A stretch of 64,000 nucleotides of DNA from NCBI GenBank assembly GCA_951406725.2, contig OX597820.1:44144001-44208000 (forward strand). The letters are read 5' to 3'. Source of the DNA: Octopus vulgaris. Lineage: Eukaryota. How positions within the stretch are numbered: position 1 is the stretch's first letter; each line of letters opens with the position of its first letter. This document shows, one piece after another, positions 1-13,855 of this stretch. A program made the translations under genes and the position numbers. The notes beneath the pieces were generated by a model, which searched no databases, was not told the origin of the DNA, and worked only from the letters and a program-made list of their open reading frames with translations.

Positions 1-62
1 ATTGAACTCACAACCTTACAGTCGTGGGTCGAATACCGTAACCACTAAGTCACACAACTTCA
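1..62 (-). mobile_element. tRNA-derived SINE head (family B), cut by window edge
   Basis: Reverse complement reads as a tRNA-like head with A-box/B-box (...TTAGTGGTTAcgg...GTGAGTTCAAT), similar to the family-B head at 22598. Confidence 0.55.
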
Positions 63-192
63 CACTGGACGAAATAATTGAGGCCAATACAAGTACAGAA
101 ATGGACTCTACCACGTTTAAATGCACAAGACAAATCTGTTTATAGCGTTGGTGCTCCTCAGAAATTATAAGGTGTTGAGTGTCCATGGCAAA

Positions 193-228
<36 letters not shown>

Positions 229-510
229 TTTATAGTTTGCAATCCGTTCTCCATCTTTTCACACCCTATCGTTGAATCTCACCCATGCTCAGATATCATT
301 GTGTTCTAATGTTTGTTCTGTGTATATGTTGTTACATTTAGAATTGTACGTAAAATAAAAGGTAGGTACGTACATACATACATAAATAACTTGATGCATA
401 CACACATTTATATATATAAAACACAAAAGTATGGTTAACTATACACACACACACTCACAGAGACACACACACATATGCATGTATGTATTATGTATGTATG
501 TATGTATGTT

Positions 511-594
<84 letters not shown>

Positions 595-636
595 CAGAGA
601 GACAAACAGACAGACAGACAGATATATAGACAGACT

Positions 637-676
<40 letters not shown>

Positions 677-703
677 GGCAGGCAGGCAGACAGACAGACA
701 GAC

Positions 704-779
<76 letters not shown>

Positions 780-780
780 C
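511..780. repeat. Compound (GATA)n/(GACA)n microsatellite
   Basis: Directly visible tetranucleotide arrays. Confidence 0.97.
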
Positions 781-1088
781 CAGAAAGGGAGACTTTCCAA
801 CTATAGCAGCTGCCAGACGCCTGCGGCCACCATTTTGTCCGTGCGTTCGCAAGGTTGCTGTTGTGCTGGTGGTGGTTGTGATATGGTGACGCTTCTAGTG
901 GTGGTGGTGGTGGTGGTGGTGGTGGTTGTTTGGGCGGGGGATTGTTGCTGAAATTGTTTTTCATATCAGCGACTTAACAACCAACTTGCAAACTAGTTTC
1001 CCCAGATTCCATCCTATCGCACTCTCTGGCGACTGTGGGGACAGGCGTTTCCACTACTATCAACACTACCACAAGCGCCACTAACCAT

Positions 1089-1090
1089 GT

Positions 1091-1149
<59 letters not shown>

Positions 1150-1222
1150 CAGCAGCAGTAGTAGTAGTAGTAGTAGTAGTAGTAGCAGCAGCAGCAGTAG
1201 TAGTAGTAGTAGTAGTAGTAGT

Positions 1223-1254
<32 letters not shown>

Positions 1255-1363
1255 CAGCAGCAGTAGTTGTAGTAGTAGCATCAGCAGTAGTTGTAGTAGT
1301 AGCAGCAGCAGTAGTAGTAGCAGCAGCAGCAGTAGTAGTAGCAGTAGTAGTAGTAGCAGTAGC

Positions 1364-1394
<31 letters not shown>

Positions 1395-1435
1395 TCAGCA
1401 GTAGTAGTAGTAGCAGCAGCAGCAGCAGCAGTAGC

Positions 1436-1470
<35 letters not shown>

Positions 1471-1480
1471 CAGCAGCAGC

Positions 1481-1532
<52 letters not shown>

Positions 1533-1585
1533 AGGCAGCGGCAGCAGGGCAGCAGCTGCAGTAGTAGTTGTAGTAGTAGTAGTAA
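1089..1585. repeat. Compound (GCA)n/(GTA)n trinucleotide repeat
   Basis: About 500 bp of interleaved GCA/GTA triplets; source of the poly-V/A/L/Y ORFs. Confidence 0.97.
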
Positions 1586-1939
1586 TAGGAATAGGAGGAG
1601 GAGACAACGGTCGTTAGGATGGAAGAGGTAGGTAGGTAGGTAGGTAGAGAGAGTGAGTGGTAGTCAATAGCGTAGGCGTAGAGTGAATTTGGAGAGGCTG
1701 GCTGCCTGGGTGTTAAATGTCTGCATTATCTCAAAACCGTCCGAAGACACGTCCAGATGATTGTCCTACCAACGGCTAATTCACGCCATCAATATAAATC
1801 AGTTGACTCCTAAATAGAAAAGATATGTCGCTTAGCTGTTTATTAACTGTCGCTGAGGGGCTACATCTGGCATGTATCATCATCAGCAACACGAACGGCA
1901 ACGGCAACGACAACGGCAACGGCAATAGCAGTGATAGAG

Positions 1940-2310
1940 AGGTGGTGGTGATGGTGGTGGTGGTGGTGGTGGTGGTGGTGGAATGGTGGAGGTGGTGTGG
2001 TGGTGGTGGTATGGTGGCGGCAGCGGCGGCGGTGGTGGTGGTGGTGGTGGTGGTGGTGGTGATGGCGGCGGCGGCAGCGGCGGCGGTGGCGGTGGTGGTG
2101 GTGGAGGTAGTAGTAGTAGTAGTTGTTGTAGTAGTAGGAGGAGGAGGAGGAAGAGGAGGGGGAGGGGTAGTGGTGGGGATGAGGAGGTGGTGGTGGGAGG
2201 GGAGGGGATGGGTAGTGGTGGGGAGGAGGAGGTGGTGGGAGGAGGAGGTGGTGGGAGGAGGAGGTGGTGGGAGGAGGAGGAGGAGGAGGAGGTGGTGGAA
2301 GAGGAGCCGC
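1940..2310. repeat. G-rich (GGT/GGC/GGA)n low-complexity repeat
   Basis: Directly visible. Confidence 0.93.
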
Positions 2311-2599
2311 AGCCGCAGTGAAGTACATCTGTTAAAACACGTAACTTGACCTTCAATTCAAATTCTATTTATTATATAACTCCAATATATTTTTTTTCAT
2401 TCTCAGAGTCTACTATTTCATTCTCTCTATCAATCTATCTATCTATCTATCTCTTTCTCTCTCTTTCTCTCTCTTTCTCTCCCTCTCTCTCTCCATCTCT
2501 TTCTGTCTCTTTCTCTATCTATCTATCTATCTACCTATCTATCTCTATCTATCAATCCGTCAATCCAAGTCTATCTCTTTCACTTTCACTTTCACAACC

Positions 2600-3197
2600 T
2601 ATCTAACTTCTCCATTGTCTATACTTATCTCTCCCTCGATCTTAGACTGTGTCTATCTCTCCTACTATCCCAATCTAACTTTATCTGCTGTCACAGTCCA
2701 TCTCCGACATACAAACCACGCATACTCACCTTCTATAACTCTCCGCCTCTCCACTGTCCCGGTCAGTCTATAAGTTCATTTACTATCCCAGTCTATCTCT
2801 TCTTCACAATAACTGTCTCCTCTTCGAGTTCTCACTGTCTGAGTCTTACTCAGTCATCGTCCCACTCTGTCTATCTCTGTCACTATCCTACTTTGTCTAT
2901 TATCCTCCCCTATTCTCAGTCTCACAGTCTCAGTTTTTCTATCTCTCTCCAAATTTTCCAGCATTTTTTACTGCCCCAGTCTAACTGTCTCTCCCACTGC
3001 CCCAGTCTGTCTATCTTTTACAATTCCAATCTATGCACCTTTCCCACAACTCCAGCGTGTATATTTCTCTCCCACAACCACAATCTGTATATCTTTCCAA
3101 CTGTCCTACACTGTCGTATGTTGTCTATTTCTTTCATTGTTTCAGTTTGACTCATTATCCCATGTCTTAGCAGTCTATCTGTCTCCCAATATCCAAG

Positions 3198-3264
<67 letters not shown>

Positions 3265-3560
3265 AGTCTATCTTTCTTCTGTCCGGCACTTTCCTTCTCT
3301 GTCTATCTTTCTTCTGCCCCGCACTACCTCCCTTTCCCTTTCTTTCTGTTCTCCCAGCAGGCTCTCTCCCACTGTTCTCCCAGCAGGCTTTCTCCCACTG
3401 TTCTCCCAGCCGGCTCTCTCCCACTTCTCCAGTTTTTCTATCTCTCCCATTACCCTAATATATTTATCTCTTTTCATATCCCAGAATGTTTATGTCTCTT
3501 ATGTTAGTGTGTCTCTATTTCCTACTGCCCCACTATTCCAATATCTAATTTTTCTATCCC
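2600..3560. repeat. Pyrimidine-rich degenerate minisatellite (CTCCCACTGT/CCCAGTCTATCT-like units) with (CT)n
   Basis: Recurrent ctcccactg...cccagtcta motifs; three near-exact CTGTTCTCCCAGC units at ~3346-3411. Confidence 0.6.
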
Positions 3561-3792
3561 ACTGTTTGTTCTTCTCACCCTTTTCTCTCCCCCTTTCTTT
3601 CTCTCTCTCTTTCTTTATGCTTCTCTCCTTCTCATTCCTTCTCTCTCTCTCGTCTCTTCTCTCCCTTTCTCTCTTCTCTCTCCTTCTCTCTCACACCCCA
3701 TACTCACGCACGCACACGCACACACATACACACACACATGCAGATACATATATACATCATGCATAAAAAATATATATATACATATGGGTATG

Positions 3793-3838
<46 letters not shown>

Positions 3839-4989
3839 TCTCTATGTATGCATGTGCACACATACATCTACTTACATGCTTCCATACATACATGATACTC
3901 ACTTCACCTTGACAGACGATAGCCGTGTCAATTAATCTACATTATCCCGATAATCTCTACTACCTCGGCATGCCTTGAGATGACTCTTAAGGCCAGCAGT
4001 TGATCAGTAAAGCCTCGAACATACGTAACAGATAAGATTCAAAACTTCTCAAGCCAGTCAAATCTGCACATGTCATCACTCGTCCATCGCCACAGAATCT
4101 TGATTAGAGAGACAAGATGAACCATATGGAATGAGACATGCCTACGTCACTGGATTAAAGTGACATACGCTTCTACAATGCGTATCCCACTCTCTAAGTG
4201 TTAGTATCTGGAATCAAATGACAAACATTGCAATATGACTGGCAGCTACATCATCCGCAGGTTTGAATTCAGAGGGTCTTCTCTTAGATGTTTTTCCCGC
4301 CAAAAGATTCTTATAAGACTATAGGGATTTAAAGCGAGCATTTTTGCACTAGGAGGATTGCCATAGACTTCCATGAGTTTTTCACCCTTTAATGGGTCTC
4401 GCTTTTTATTCTGCAGAGAGTCCAAAAGATTAACTTCTTTGCCAAACAAGTCTAGTAGAGTTGCCGATTTAGTCACTGATGACCCAACCATGCAACAGAT
4501 TGGGCAGGATCACAGCTTACCAGTAGCACTCAAGCTTGACCAGACACGTGTCTGTATGTAAGTACGCATGCATTTATGTATGTATATATCAATACATGCA
4601 TTCATACGATGCAATAATGTGCAGAGCGGAAAGCTATTAATATCGTGGCAACGTGCCAATCGGCTTAAGAGAAACGCGTGTATGTTATATAAAGCTTAAG
4701 TATACCAATAAAGTTTCCAGTATTTGTTGTTGTCGTGTGTGTTTGTGTGTGTGCGTTCGTGTGTACACACGTGTGTATGTGTGTGTACAACGAGAGTAAA
4801 AGAGAGAAATGATCATGTGTTTATAGTGATTTGACTTCAAAGCTACGTTAAAAGTACACAAGACTGTTTAGTTACGAGGAATAGCCTGAATATCTGGAAC
4901 GTGTAACTCTGAGTCGCGATTCAGCTTTGAATGTACGCACAGACATATGCATGAAAGTACATAGATATAGACAGCTAAATATATATTTG

Positions 4990-5058
<69 letters not shown>

Positions 5059-5100
5059 TGAGTGTGTGTGTGTGTGTGTGTATGTATGCGCACGTGTATG

Positions 5101-5240
<140 letters not shown>

Positions 5241-5259
5241 TGCATATATAGATACGCAT

Positions 5260-6235
5260 CACACAAAAATATAGACGGGCCGCACCACATACCTATGATA
5301 ACATCAATAATGAGGCAAAACAAATAACCACCAACCTGGACATTGCCGACAGGGTAGAAATACTAGCTAAACGTAATGCCTTTATAACTATCAAAGATCA
5401 CAAACCGAACTTCGCTTCCAGCCCCAAATGCCGCCTGATTAACCCTGCCAAGTCCAAAATCACATTGGTGAGTAAACACATCCTGAGAAGGGTTAATAAA
5501 GACATAAGGAAGGCATCTAATCTCTCTTTATGGTGTAACACAATCGAGGTGTTACATTTGTTTGAGACCAAAAGAAACACTTTTAGAGCTAAGTTCATAC
5601 AATTCGATATACTAGACTTTTATCTATCGATATCGAAAATGTTACTTGATAGGGCATTAGTATATGCTAGACAAATTACCGACATAAGTGATAGAGAAAT
5701 GGATATAATTATGCACGCTAGGAAAGCACTGCTGTTCAACCAGGATTCAACCTGGGTCGAACGAACTGACACTGAAGGTTCATTCGACGTCGCGACGGAG
5801 GCATACGACAGCGCTGATATTTGCGACCTTACAGGATTTTACATTCTGGATACCCTGGGTAATAAATCCCCTCTGTCCACTTTGGCTTATATAGAGATTA
5901 TGCCTTAGCCATCTCCAGAGGCGCTAAGGATCATACTTTAGATAGGCTTAGAAAAGACATCATACATACCCACAACGGCCCTCACCTTAAAATCACTAAC
6001 TTTACCGTGGTGAGCTTCTTGGATGTCACGCTTGATCTAAACAGTAGCACCTACGGACCAAACCGAATGATAGGCTATCGTGCATTAATAAAGCCTCCTG
6101 CCACCCATCCACAGTGTTCGAAAACCTAATAAAACGTATAGTAAACTGATTTCGATCTTATCTTCAAATAAAGATAGTTTCGATGCAGCGGCTTCCGCTT
6201 ACAATGGGGGTCTAAGGGCCAGCGTGTTCAAAGAG
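5260..6235 (+). pseudogene. PLE reverse transcriptase remnant
   Basis: ORF 5465..5908 plus upstream in-frame sequence and a frameshifted continuation (LYRDY, VVSFLDVTLDL). Confidence 0.85.
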
Positions 6236-6236
6236 A

Positions 6237-6305
<69 letters not shown>

Positions 6306-6307
<2 letters not shown>

Positions 6308-6587
6308 CGGGAAGCTTTATGAAAATAGACAAAAGACGAAGGCAGGTGGAAAACAAACAAACAATTGTATTAGTATGGCGCTCAGGAAATAAAATAAAAC
6401 AAGTCTTTAACGTTTCGAGCCTACGCTCTTCAACAGAAAGATACACAGAGAGAAAAACAACACAGAAAGAAGGAGAGAAAAAAAGGCGTGCAGTAACTAA
6501 CGAATCAACATGGCGATCTGATTTCGGCCAGAGGTCAAAGATCAAACATGAGACGCGAGAGCGAAATAAGGGGAGATAATAGGGTTG

Positions 6588-6590
<3 letters not shown>
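6306..6590 (-). mobile_element. Solo PLE pseudo-LTR flanked by (TA)n, nested inside the PLE RT
   Basis: Reverse complement matches the 3' LTR at 55110-55370 and the copy at 24510-24705; (TA)n on both sides. Confidence 0.8.
6404..6441 (-). ncRNA. Minimal type-I hammerhead ribozyme-like motif, A6U core variant
   Basis: Reverse complement: TCTTT-CTGTTGAA-GAGC gtag GCTC-GAAAC GTT-AAAGA. Stems I and II pair; stem III is the palindrome AACGTT. Confidence 0.6.
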
Positions 6591-6636
<46 letters not shown>

Positions 6637-6737
6637 ATGATTGAGTAGCCATAAAAGGAAACGCCACCGCAAGACCTTAAGGTTCGCTCCTCACTTCTCC
6701 CTAAACGTCCGGACATGCGTAGGTAAGAGATAAGGAA

Positions 6738-7300
6738 ATGGTTGATAAACATTTCCCACGATCACACAAATATAGAAATATCTTTAAAAGACATATTATA
6801 AGAATCTCTTTCAGATGTGCACCTAAGAAAAAATTACTTAGCACTCCTAAACTACGAACAGAGGCTGGTTGTTCATGCAGGATTGGAAATGAATACCCAG
6901 TGAACGGCCGATGTAACACTGAGGGTACAGTGTACCAAGTAAAGGTAGCCTCAAACAGAAGCAGTACAAATATCAGTAACATCAATGCTAACACAGGGAC
7001 ACACACTAAAATTTATGTCGGATCTTGTGAATCCAAATTTAAAATTTGCCAAAACAGGGTCCCGGAGAGACACGACACAACAACACTCGCAGCTTCCGTA
7101 TGGCACCTAAAGGATGATCATACGCCCTTTAACATCAAGTGGAAATTATTGGAAATCTTTGGACCCTATCGCAATGGAACAAGACTGTGTAAATTTCGTA
7201 TGGCAGAAAGATATATAATCCTCATGAACTCACATGAGCCAGGAGGCTACCTGAACTCCAGGACGGAAGCCGTGGGGAGTTGTCTAAATTTTCGGAAAAT
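6738..7300 (+). pseudogene. PLE Cys-linker and GIY-YIG endonuclease remnant
   Basis: N-terminal ~185 aa of ORF 6738..7754: VYQ...YVG, TTLAASVWHLK, IKWKLL, LNSRTE. The remainder of the ORF is readthrough into repeats. Confidence 0.85.
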
Positions 7301-7912
7301 TTACTTCAAAATTGGAAAGCCTACCTATCAAGCGAAGGAAGACAACTCGCCCGGCCATAATTTCTTAAGAGGAATATATCTTGAACCGGTGTTCTTGAAT
7401 ATGAAAAAAAAAAACATTCTTTGCAGAGAACGGTTATCGTTTAGAGGAACTGAGAGATGTCTAATTCACGCCAGATATGAAACCAATGGGGTTTTTTTTT
7501 CTAAACTATTTACGTTACACGTACAAAAAAAAACAACTGGTCTATATTTTATAGGGTATGCTCTTCTCCTGATTTATGATATTGTAACGAAGATATATAT
7601 ATATAGAGAGAGAGAGAAGAGGAGGGGAGAGAGAGAGAGGGGGAGAGAGAGAGAGGGAGAGAGAGAGAGAGAGGGGGAGAGAGAGACACACAGAGATGTA
7701 TGCAAGTATGTATGGATATATATATATATATACATATACACTTACAAACAATAAATTAAATAGAGAGACTAAGTAGACAATCTAATAATTTATTTATACT
7801 ATAACATAATATACTATGAATATAATATAACATAAAAAGTTATTAAAAACGTACTAATGAATTGGATGTTCTACACATCTCATTGAATTAATTCATTTCC
7901 TTAGTTTCTTAC

Positions 7913-8182
<270 letters not shown>

Positions 8183-8198
8183 GATAAAAAAATATAAA

Positions 8199-8902
8199 GG
8201 TGCTGGAGTGGCTGTGTAGTAAGAAGCTTGCTTCCCAACCTCACGAGTCAGGGTTCAGTCCCACTGCGTGGCACCTTGAACAAGTGTCTTCTACTATTGC
8301 GTGGTAGAAAGAAACTGAAAGATGCCTGTCGTGTAAATCTGAGACCCCCTTCGATCACGACACAGACCATGGGATTGCACCTAGAAAGTTACCCTCGCAG
8401 GCACAAGTCCGGGCAAGGTTGTTTATGGAAGAACAACAGTCACCCATGCATACCGGCCTCCATTCTCCACGCCACCGATGTTATCCAAGGGAAAGGCAGA
8501 CACAGCTTGGCACCTGTGACGTCGCAACTCATTTCTACAGTTGAGTGAACTGGAGCAACGTGAAATAAAGTGTCTTGCTCAAGAACACAACGCGCAGTCC
8601 GATCCGGGATTCGAACTCACAACGTCACGATCGTAAGCTCGACGCTCTAACCACTGAGCCATGTGCCTTCATTATGTCGTGTGTGTATATGTGTGTGTGT
8701 TTGTCCCACCACCAATCACTACCACCACCGTCGCTTCACACCGATATTGGTGTGTTTACGTCCCTGTAACTTAGCGGTTCAGCAGAAGACACTGATAGAG
8801 TAAGTACTAGGCTTACAAAGAATAGGTCCTGGCGTCGATTTGCTCGACTAAAGACGGTGCTCCAGCATGGCCGCATTCAAATGACTGAAACAATTAAAAG
8901 AA
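8199..8902 (+). mobile_element. SINE family A interrupted by an antisense family-B SINE (8341-8670)
   Basis: Head GGAGTGGCTGTGTAGTAAGAAGCTTG...GGTTCAGTCCCACTGCG; tail ...CCAGCATGGCCGCATTCAAATGACTGAAAC; the insert is the reverse complement of 22598-22920. Confidence 0.85.
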
Positions 8903-8964
8903 ATTATCCTCGTATTTTGAGTTCTATTTTTCCTGTTTGGAACAATATACCTACATATATATAC

Positions 8965-9170
8965 TTTCTATAAGAGGAACAAAGCCTGAAATTTGGGGCA
9001 AATGGCTTGTTGATCACTGCGACCCCACTGCTCAAGTTGTACTTATTTTATCGACCTCGAACGAATAAAAGGCAAAGTCGACCTCGGTGGAATTTGAACG
9101 CTGTGCGTTCAACGGGAAGAAAATGCCGCGAAGCATTTGACTCAGGTGTGCCAAAGATTCTACCTGCTGG
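8965..9170 (-). mobile_element. SINE family C monomer, diverged
   Basis: AAAGGCAAAGTCGACCTCGGTGGAATTTGAAC core shared with 33241-34010. Confidence 0.7.
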
Positions 9171-9274
9171 CTTTGTATGTATGTATGTAAGTATGTATGT
9201 ATGTATGTATGTATGTATGTATGTATGTGTGTGTGTATGTATGTATGTATGCATGTATGTATGTTTTCTTTTCT

Positions 9275-9552
9275 TCTTTCATTCTTTTACTTGTTTCAGT
9301 CATTTGACTGCAGCCATGCTAGAGCAACGTCTTTAGTCGAACAAATCGACCCCAAGACTTATTCTTTGTAAGCCTAGTGCTTATTCTATCTTCCCTTTTG
9401 TCGAACCGCTAAGTTATGGAGACGTAAACATACCAGCATCACATGCCAAGCATGGTGGAGGGACAAACACAAACACACACAAACACACACACACACACAC
9501 ACGCACGCACACACACACACACACTCACACACACACACACACACACATACAC

Positions 9553-9628
<76 letters not shown>

Positions 9629-9797
9629 ACATATATATATATATAAGTCGAGCTTCGTTTATTTACCGTCTACCAAATACACTCATAACGCTTTGATCAG
9701 CCCGAGGATATAGTAGAAGACACTTGCCCAAAGTGCCGCGCATTGGGACTGAACCCGGAACCATGTGAATCGGAAGCAAGCTTCTTACCACAGAGCC
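9275..9797 (-). mobile_element. SINE family A, near full length, with internal (CA)n(TA)n
   Basis: Reverse complement of the family consensus seen at 12975-13420. Confidence 0.9.
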
Positions 9798-9799
9798 AT

Positions 9800-10012
9800 C
9801 GAGATCAGGTGACCGATCAGACTATCAGGCATTCTTACACATCGCTAATCACAATGCGCTTTGCATCGATTTAGCCTTCGTGCGGGCCACCAAGGGAACT
9901 GAAGCAACGTGAAATGAAGTGTTTTGCTCAAAAGCACAACGCGCCGCCCGGTGTGGGGATCGAAGCCGCGATCTAGCGATCGTGAGTGCAACAAACTAAC
10001 GACTAGGCCACA
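9800..10012 (-). mobile_element. SINE family B variant
   Basis: GAAGCAACGTGAAATGAAGTGTTTTGCTCAAAAGCACAACGCG core plus tRNA-like head. Confidence 0.75.
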
Positions 10013-10080
10013 CTCCGACACACACACACACACACGTATCCATCTTTGTCTGCATGTATACGTATGTGTATTATGTGTGC

Positions 10081-10129
<49 letters not shown>

Positions 10130-10477
10130 CATACAAATATGTGTGTATATATATATGTATATATGTATATAGAAATATCTATACACACACACACACACAC
10201 ACATACACATACATACAAATGTGTGTGTGTTGGTTTTGTTTTATTGTCGCCTCATATAATTTTCCTCCTTTCTTTCTCTCTCACTCCGCCCCCCCCATTC
10301 ACCCCCACCCCCACCCCCCGTTTTCTCACTGTCTCCAACTACTTTTTCCTCCAAGAAATTTACACCAGATAAAAGTAATACATCACGTTGTAACACATTT
10401 TTACTTACACTGTATTTCTCTCACTCTCTTCCTAATCTCCACCTTCCTCCTTCTGCTTTTCTCTCTTCCTTTCTCTC

Positions 10478-10516
<39 letters not shown>

Positions 10517-11015
10517 CCCTCTCATTCTGTCTTTCTTCTTGCCTGTAGCTTCCACTTATTGTTTCTCTCTACCTATTTATCTTTCCCTCATTCTCTCCCC
10601 TTCAATCTTTTATCTTTCTTTTATTTTTCGTCCATTTTTCTAATATTTTCCTGAATTCTTTTTGCTATTTTCTGTTTTACATTTTATTGATGATACGTTG
10701 CATATTTTCTTTATATCCGCATTTCATTTACGTGGGTAGTTTAGTTAGATACGGCCAAATCCGCCTCTATTCTACGGCTTCTAGTAATGTCTAATCTCAA
10801 CTTATAAACCAGTAGCTCTCGAATTTGACGTAATTTTTGCGATAGAGATATTAATCCAATTTATAATGTGGCCTACCTAATGAAACATTGCAAACAAACT
10901 CAACAAATCTTTTCTTTAAAAGCTTCTTTTTCTTCTCTTAAGAGAAACATTAAGAAGTGGTGGGGGAAGGCGGGGAATAGAAAAATAGATCAACAAACGA
11001 AACTGAATTTAATAT

Positions 11016-11091
<76 letters not shown>

Positions 11092-11247
11092 GTGCGCGTG
11101 TGTGTATGCGTGCGTGCGAGTGTGTATAGAAACATAATTCAATGAGTTTGTCTCAGTGATTACTGAACGAAATTGAAAACATGTTTTCATTCAATACGTG
11201 ACTATATAAAGAACGATGGTATGTATGCAGGCATGTGGGTATGTATG

Positions 11248-11317
<70 letters not shown>

Positions 11318-11814
11318 TTATGTGTGTGTGTGTCTGTGCATCTGTGTGTATGTGTGCGTACGTGCCTGCCTCCATATGTGTGTCTGTATACAAGCTTATG
11401 TATTGTGTTTTAGTGTCGGTAGGTGGCAGTACCGACTTGTCAGTTAACACTTTTGAAATCCTAATTATTTATTTGTCATAACTGAATTCAACTTTTACAA
11501 ATACATGAACAGTTACCTTTTACTTCTCTATTCGGCGCATATGAACTCTGAATATGGTTTTGTGTGTGTGTGTGTTGATTTACAGAATTTAGGTTCAAAT
11601 CGTTGCTACACGTCTCACCATATGAGTTGCGTTTATATTGTGGCTCAAAAACATGAAAATGCTCAATAAAACTTTTCGTTGGATATGTGTATGCATCTGA
11701 TTATCTATTTATTTATTTATTTATTACAGGCAAGCTCTTTCACTGCTTAAAACGCACCCCACCACCACCACCACCTCCACCATAATCACAACTGCCGCCA
11801 TGACCACCACCACA

Positions 11815-12082
11815 TCAGCGAATGAAACGAGGCGATACACAGTAAGCTATCAATGCAAGGGCATGAAAAGCAGAGGGTTGAAAGACCAACCTTAGCCCAG
11901 GTAGAAGGATACCTGCAGCTTGTGTTGAGCCAAAACCCTTCGATGACTTGCATCTTAGCCTCCGAATGACGACACCCCGCTGGCTATGCAAGCAGACCAG
12001 TAGGGGAATTGGAGCAACATGAAATGAAGTGTTTTGCTCAAAAAACACAACGCGTCTGCCCGGTGTGGGAATCGAACCAACG
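11815..12082 (-). mobile_element. SINE family B variant, head truncated
   Basis: GGAGCAACATGAAATGAAGTGTTTTGCTCAAAAACACAACGCG core. Confidence 0.65.
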
Positions 12083-12213
12083 ACAAGTTCTATGACATCG
12101 GTATATTACCACAATCTTTCTTAAAAATGAAGAATTAATCCTCATATCATTACATCTGAGCTGGCGTATAAAGAAAGTGAGGTTTTGAAATTGGTGTGAA
12201 AAATTAAGATATT

Positions 12214-12484
12214 AGGCGCAGGAGTGGTTGTGTAGTAAGTAGCTTGCTTACCAACCACATGGTCCTGGGTTCCGTCTCACTGCGTGGCACCTTGGACAAG
12301 TGTTTTGGTAGACGGAAACTGAAAGAAGCCCATCGTATATATATATATATATGTTCAACAACAATTGAGGAACGGCTTCGATAGGCCATTCAACCCACTA
12401 GAAAGAGCAGCCAGGACTCAAACCGCCAAGTAGTAGTAATTCAGAAACTAAAGGAAAATTAAAAAACATTTACCCTATTCACAC

Positions 12485-12558
<74 letters not shown>

Positions 12559-12780
12559 ATATGATTGTATGTCTGTGTTTGTGCCCCCCCCCACCATCGC
12601 TTGACAACCGATGCTGGTATGTTTACGTCCCCGTAACTTAGGTGTTCGGCAAAAGAGACCGATAGAATAAGTACTAGGCTTACAAAAAATAAAGTCCTGG
12701 GGTCGATTTGTTCGACAAAAAGGAAGTGCTCTAGCATGGCCGCAGTCAAATGACTGAAACAAGTAAAAGAATGAAAGAAT
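12214..12780 (+). mobile_element. SINE family A
   Basis: AGGCGCAGGAGTGGTTGTGTAGTAAG head through AAATGACTGAAACAAGTAAAAGA tail. Confidence 0.88.
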
Positions 12781-12974
12781 ACTCTTGGTGTTGAGAGCTG
12801 TCTTGATCAACATCCAGGATGAGACGACAATCTTTACACAAGTTGCACGGAGAGAATTAATCGAGGGATCTCTTAATTCAGACGATTCTGGATTGACTTG
12901 TTGAATGACATATTTGTTTGCAGTGGAGGAAGACAGGCGACCAAGATACCATTTAAAGGTTTTATGACTAGTAT

Positions 12975-13148
12975 AGGCGTAGAAGTGGCTGTGTGGTAAG
13001 TAGCTTGCTTACGAACTACATGGTTCCAGGTTCAGTGCTACTGCGTGGCATCTTGGGTAAGTGTCTTCTACTATAAGCTCGGGCCGACGAAAGTCTTGTG
13101 AGTGGATTTGGTAGACGGAAACTGAAAGAAGCCTGTCGTATGTATGTA

Positions 13149-13195
<47 letters not shown>

Positions 13196-13420
13196 TGTGT
13201 GTGTGTGTGTGTTTCTATGTCTATGTTTGTCTCCACTACATCGCTTGTCAAGCGATGCTGGTGTGTTTAGCGGTTCGGCAATAAAAAAAAAAACCGATAG
13301 AATAAGTACTAGGCTTACAAAGCATAAGTCCTGGGGTCGATGTGCTCGACAAAAGGCGGTGCTCCAGCATGGCCACAGTCAAATGACTGAAACAAATAAA
13401 AGAGTAAAAGTGTAAAGAGA
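12975..13420 (+). mobile_element. SINE family A, full length
   Basis: tRNA-like A/B boxes, GGATTTGGTAGACGGAAACTGAAAGAAGCC core, internal (GT)n, (AAAAGAGT) tail. Confidence 0.9.
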
Positions 13421-13824
13421 GTAATAAAAAAAAAAGCTATTGCTGCTGCCGAACCAGAAACAACACCAACAGCAACAGTAGCAGCAACAGTAATAACAAA
13501 AACAACAACTACAACAGCAGTAGCAACACATAAAAACAATATCAGAGTCAGCAGCAGCGGCAGCGGCAGCAGTAGCAGCAGCAGCATCAGGCGTAAAAGT
13601 TAGAGAAGCAGCATCAACTACAAAAGCAGCAACAGAAACAAGAAATGACAACAATAAGAACAGGATGAGCTACCAGAACCATAAAAAATCTTCTAGATTT
13701 GTCTTCTCTCTCTCTCTCTCTCTCTCTCTCCAAGTAAAACACTGACATAAACATGCGCACGCGGATACATGGACGTGCACATTCAAACGCGCGCGCAAAC
13801 TCATGCACACGCGCGCCCACATAG

Positions 13825-13855
<31 letters not shown>

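Larger units (their letters stand above)
5260..7590 (+). mobile_element. Penelope-like retroelement, 5'-truncated and decayed (RT + GIY-YIG), interrupted at 6240-6633
   Basis: FITIKDHKPNF..PKCRLINPAKS, FIQFDILDFYLSI, GSFDV and GLYRDY (decayed YxDD) RT motifs, followed by CSCR..PVNGRC..TVYQ..KIYVGSCE and YLNSRTE GIY-YIG motifs; frameshifts and stops present. Confidence 0.9.

Noticed and set aside
6738-7754. 338-aa ORF as an intact gene
   Set aside because: Only the first ~185 aa are a decayed PLE endonuclease; the rest is readthrough into the LTR and (GA)n/(TA)n.
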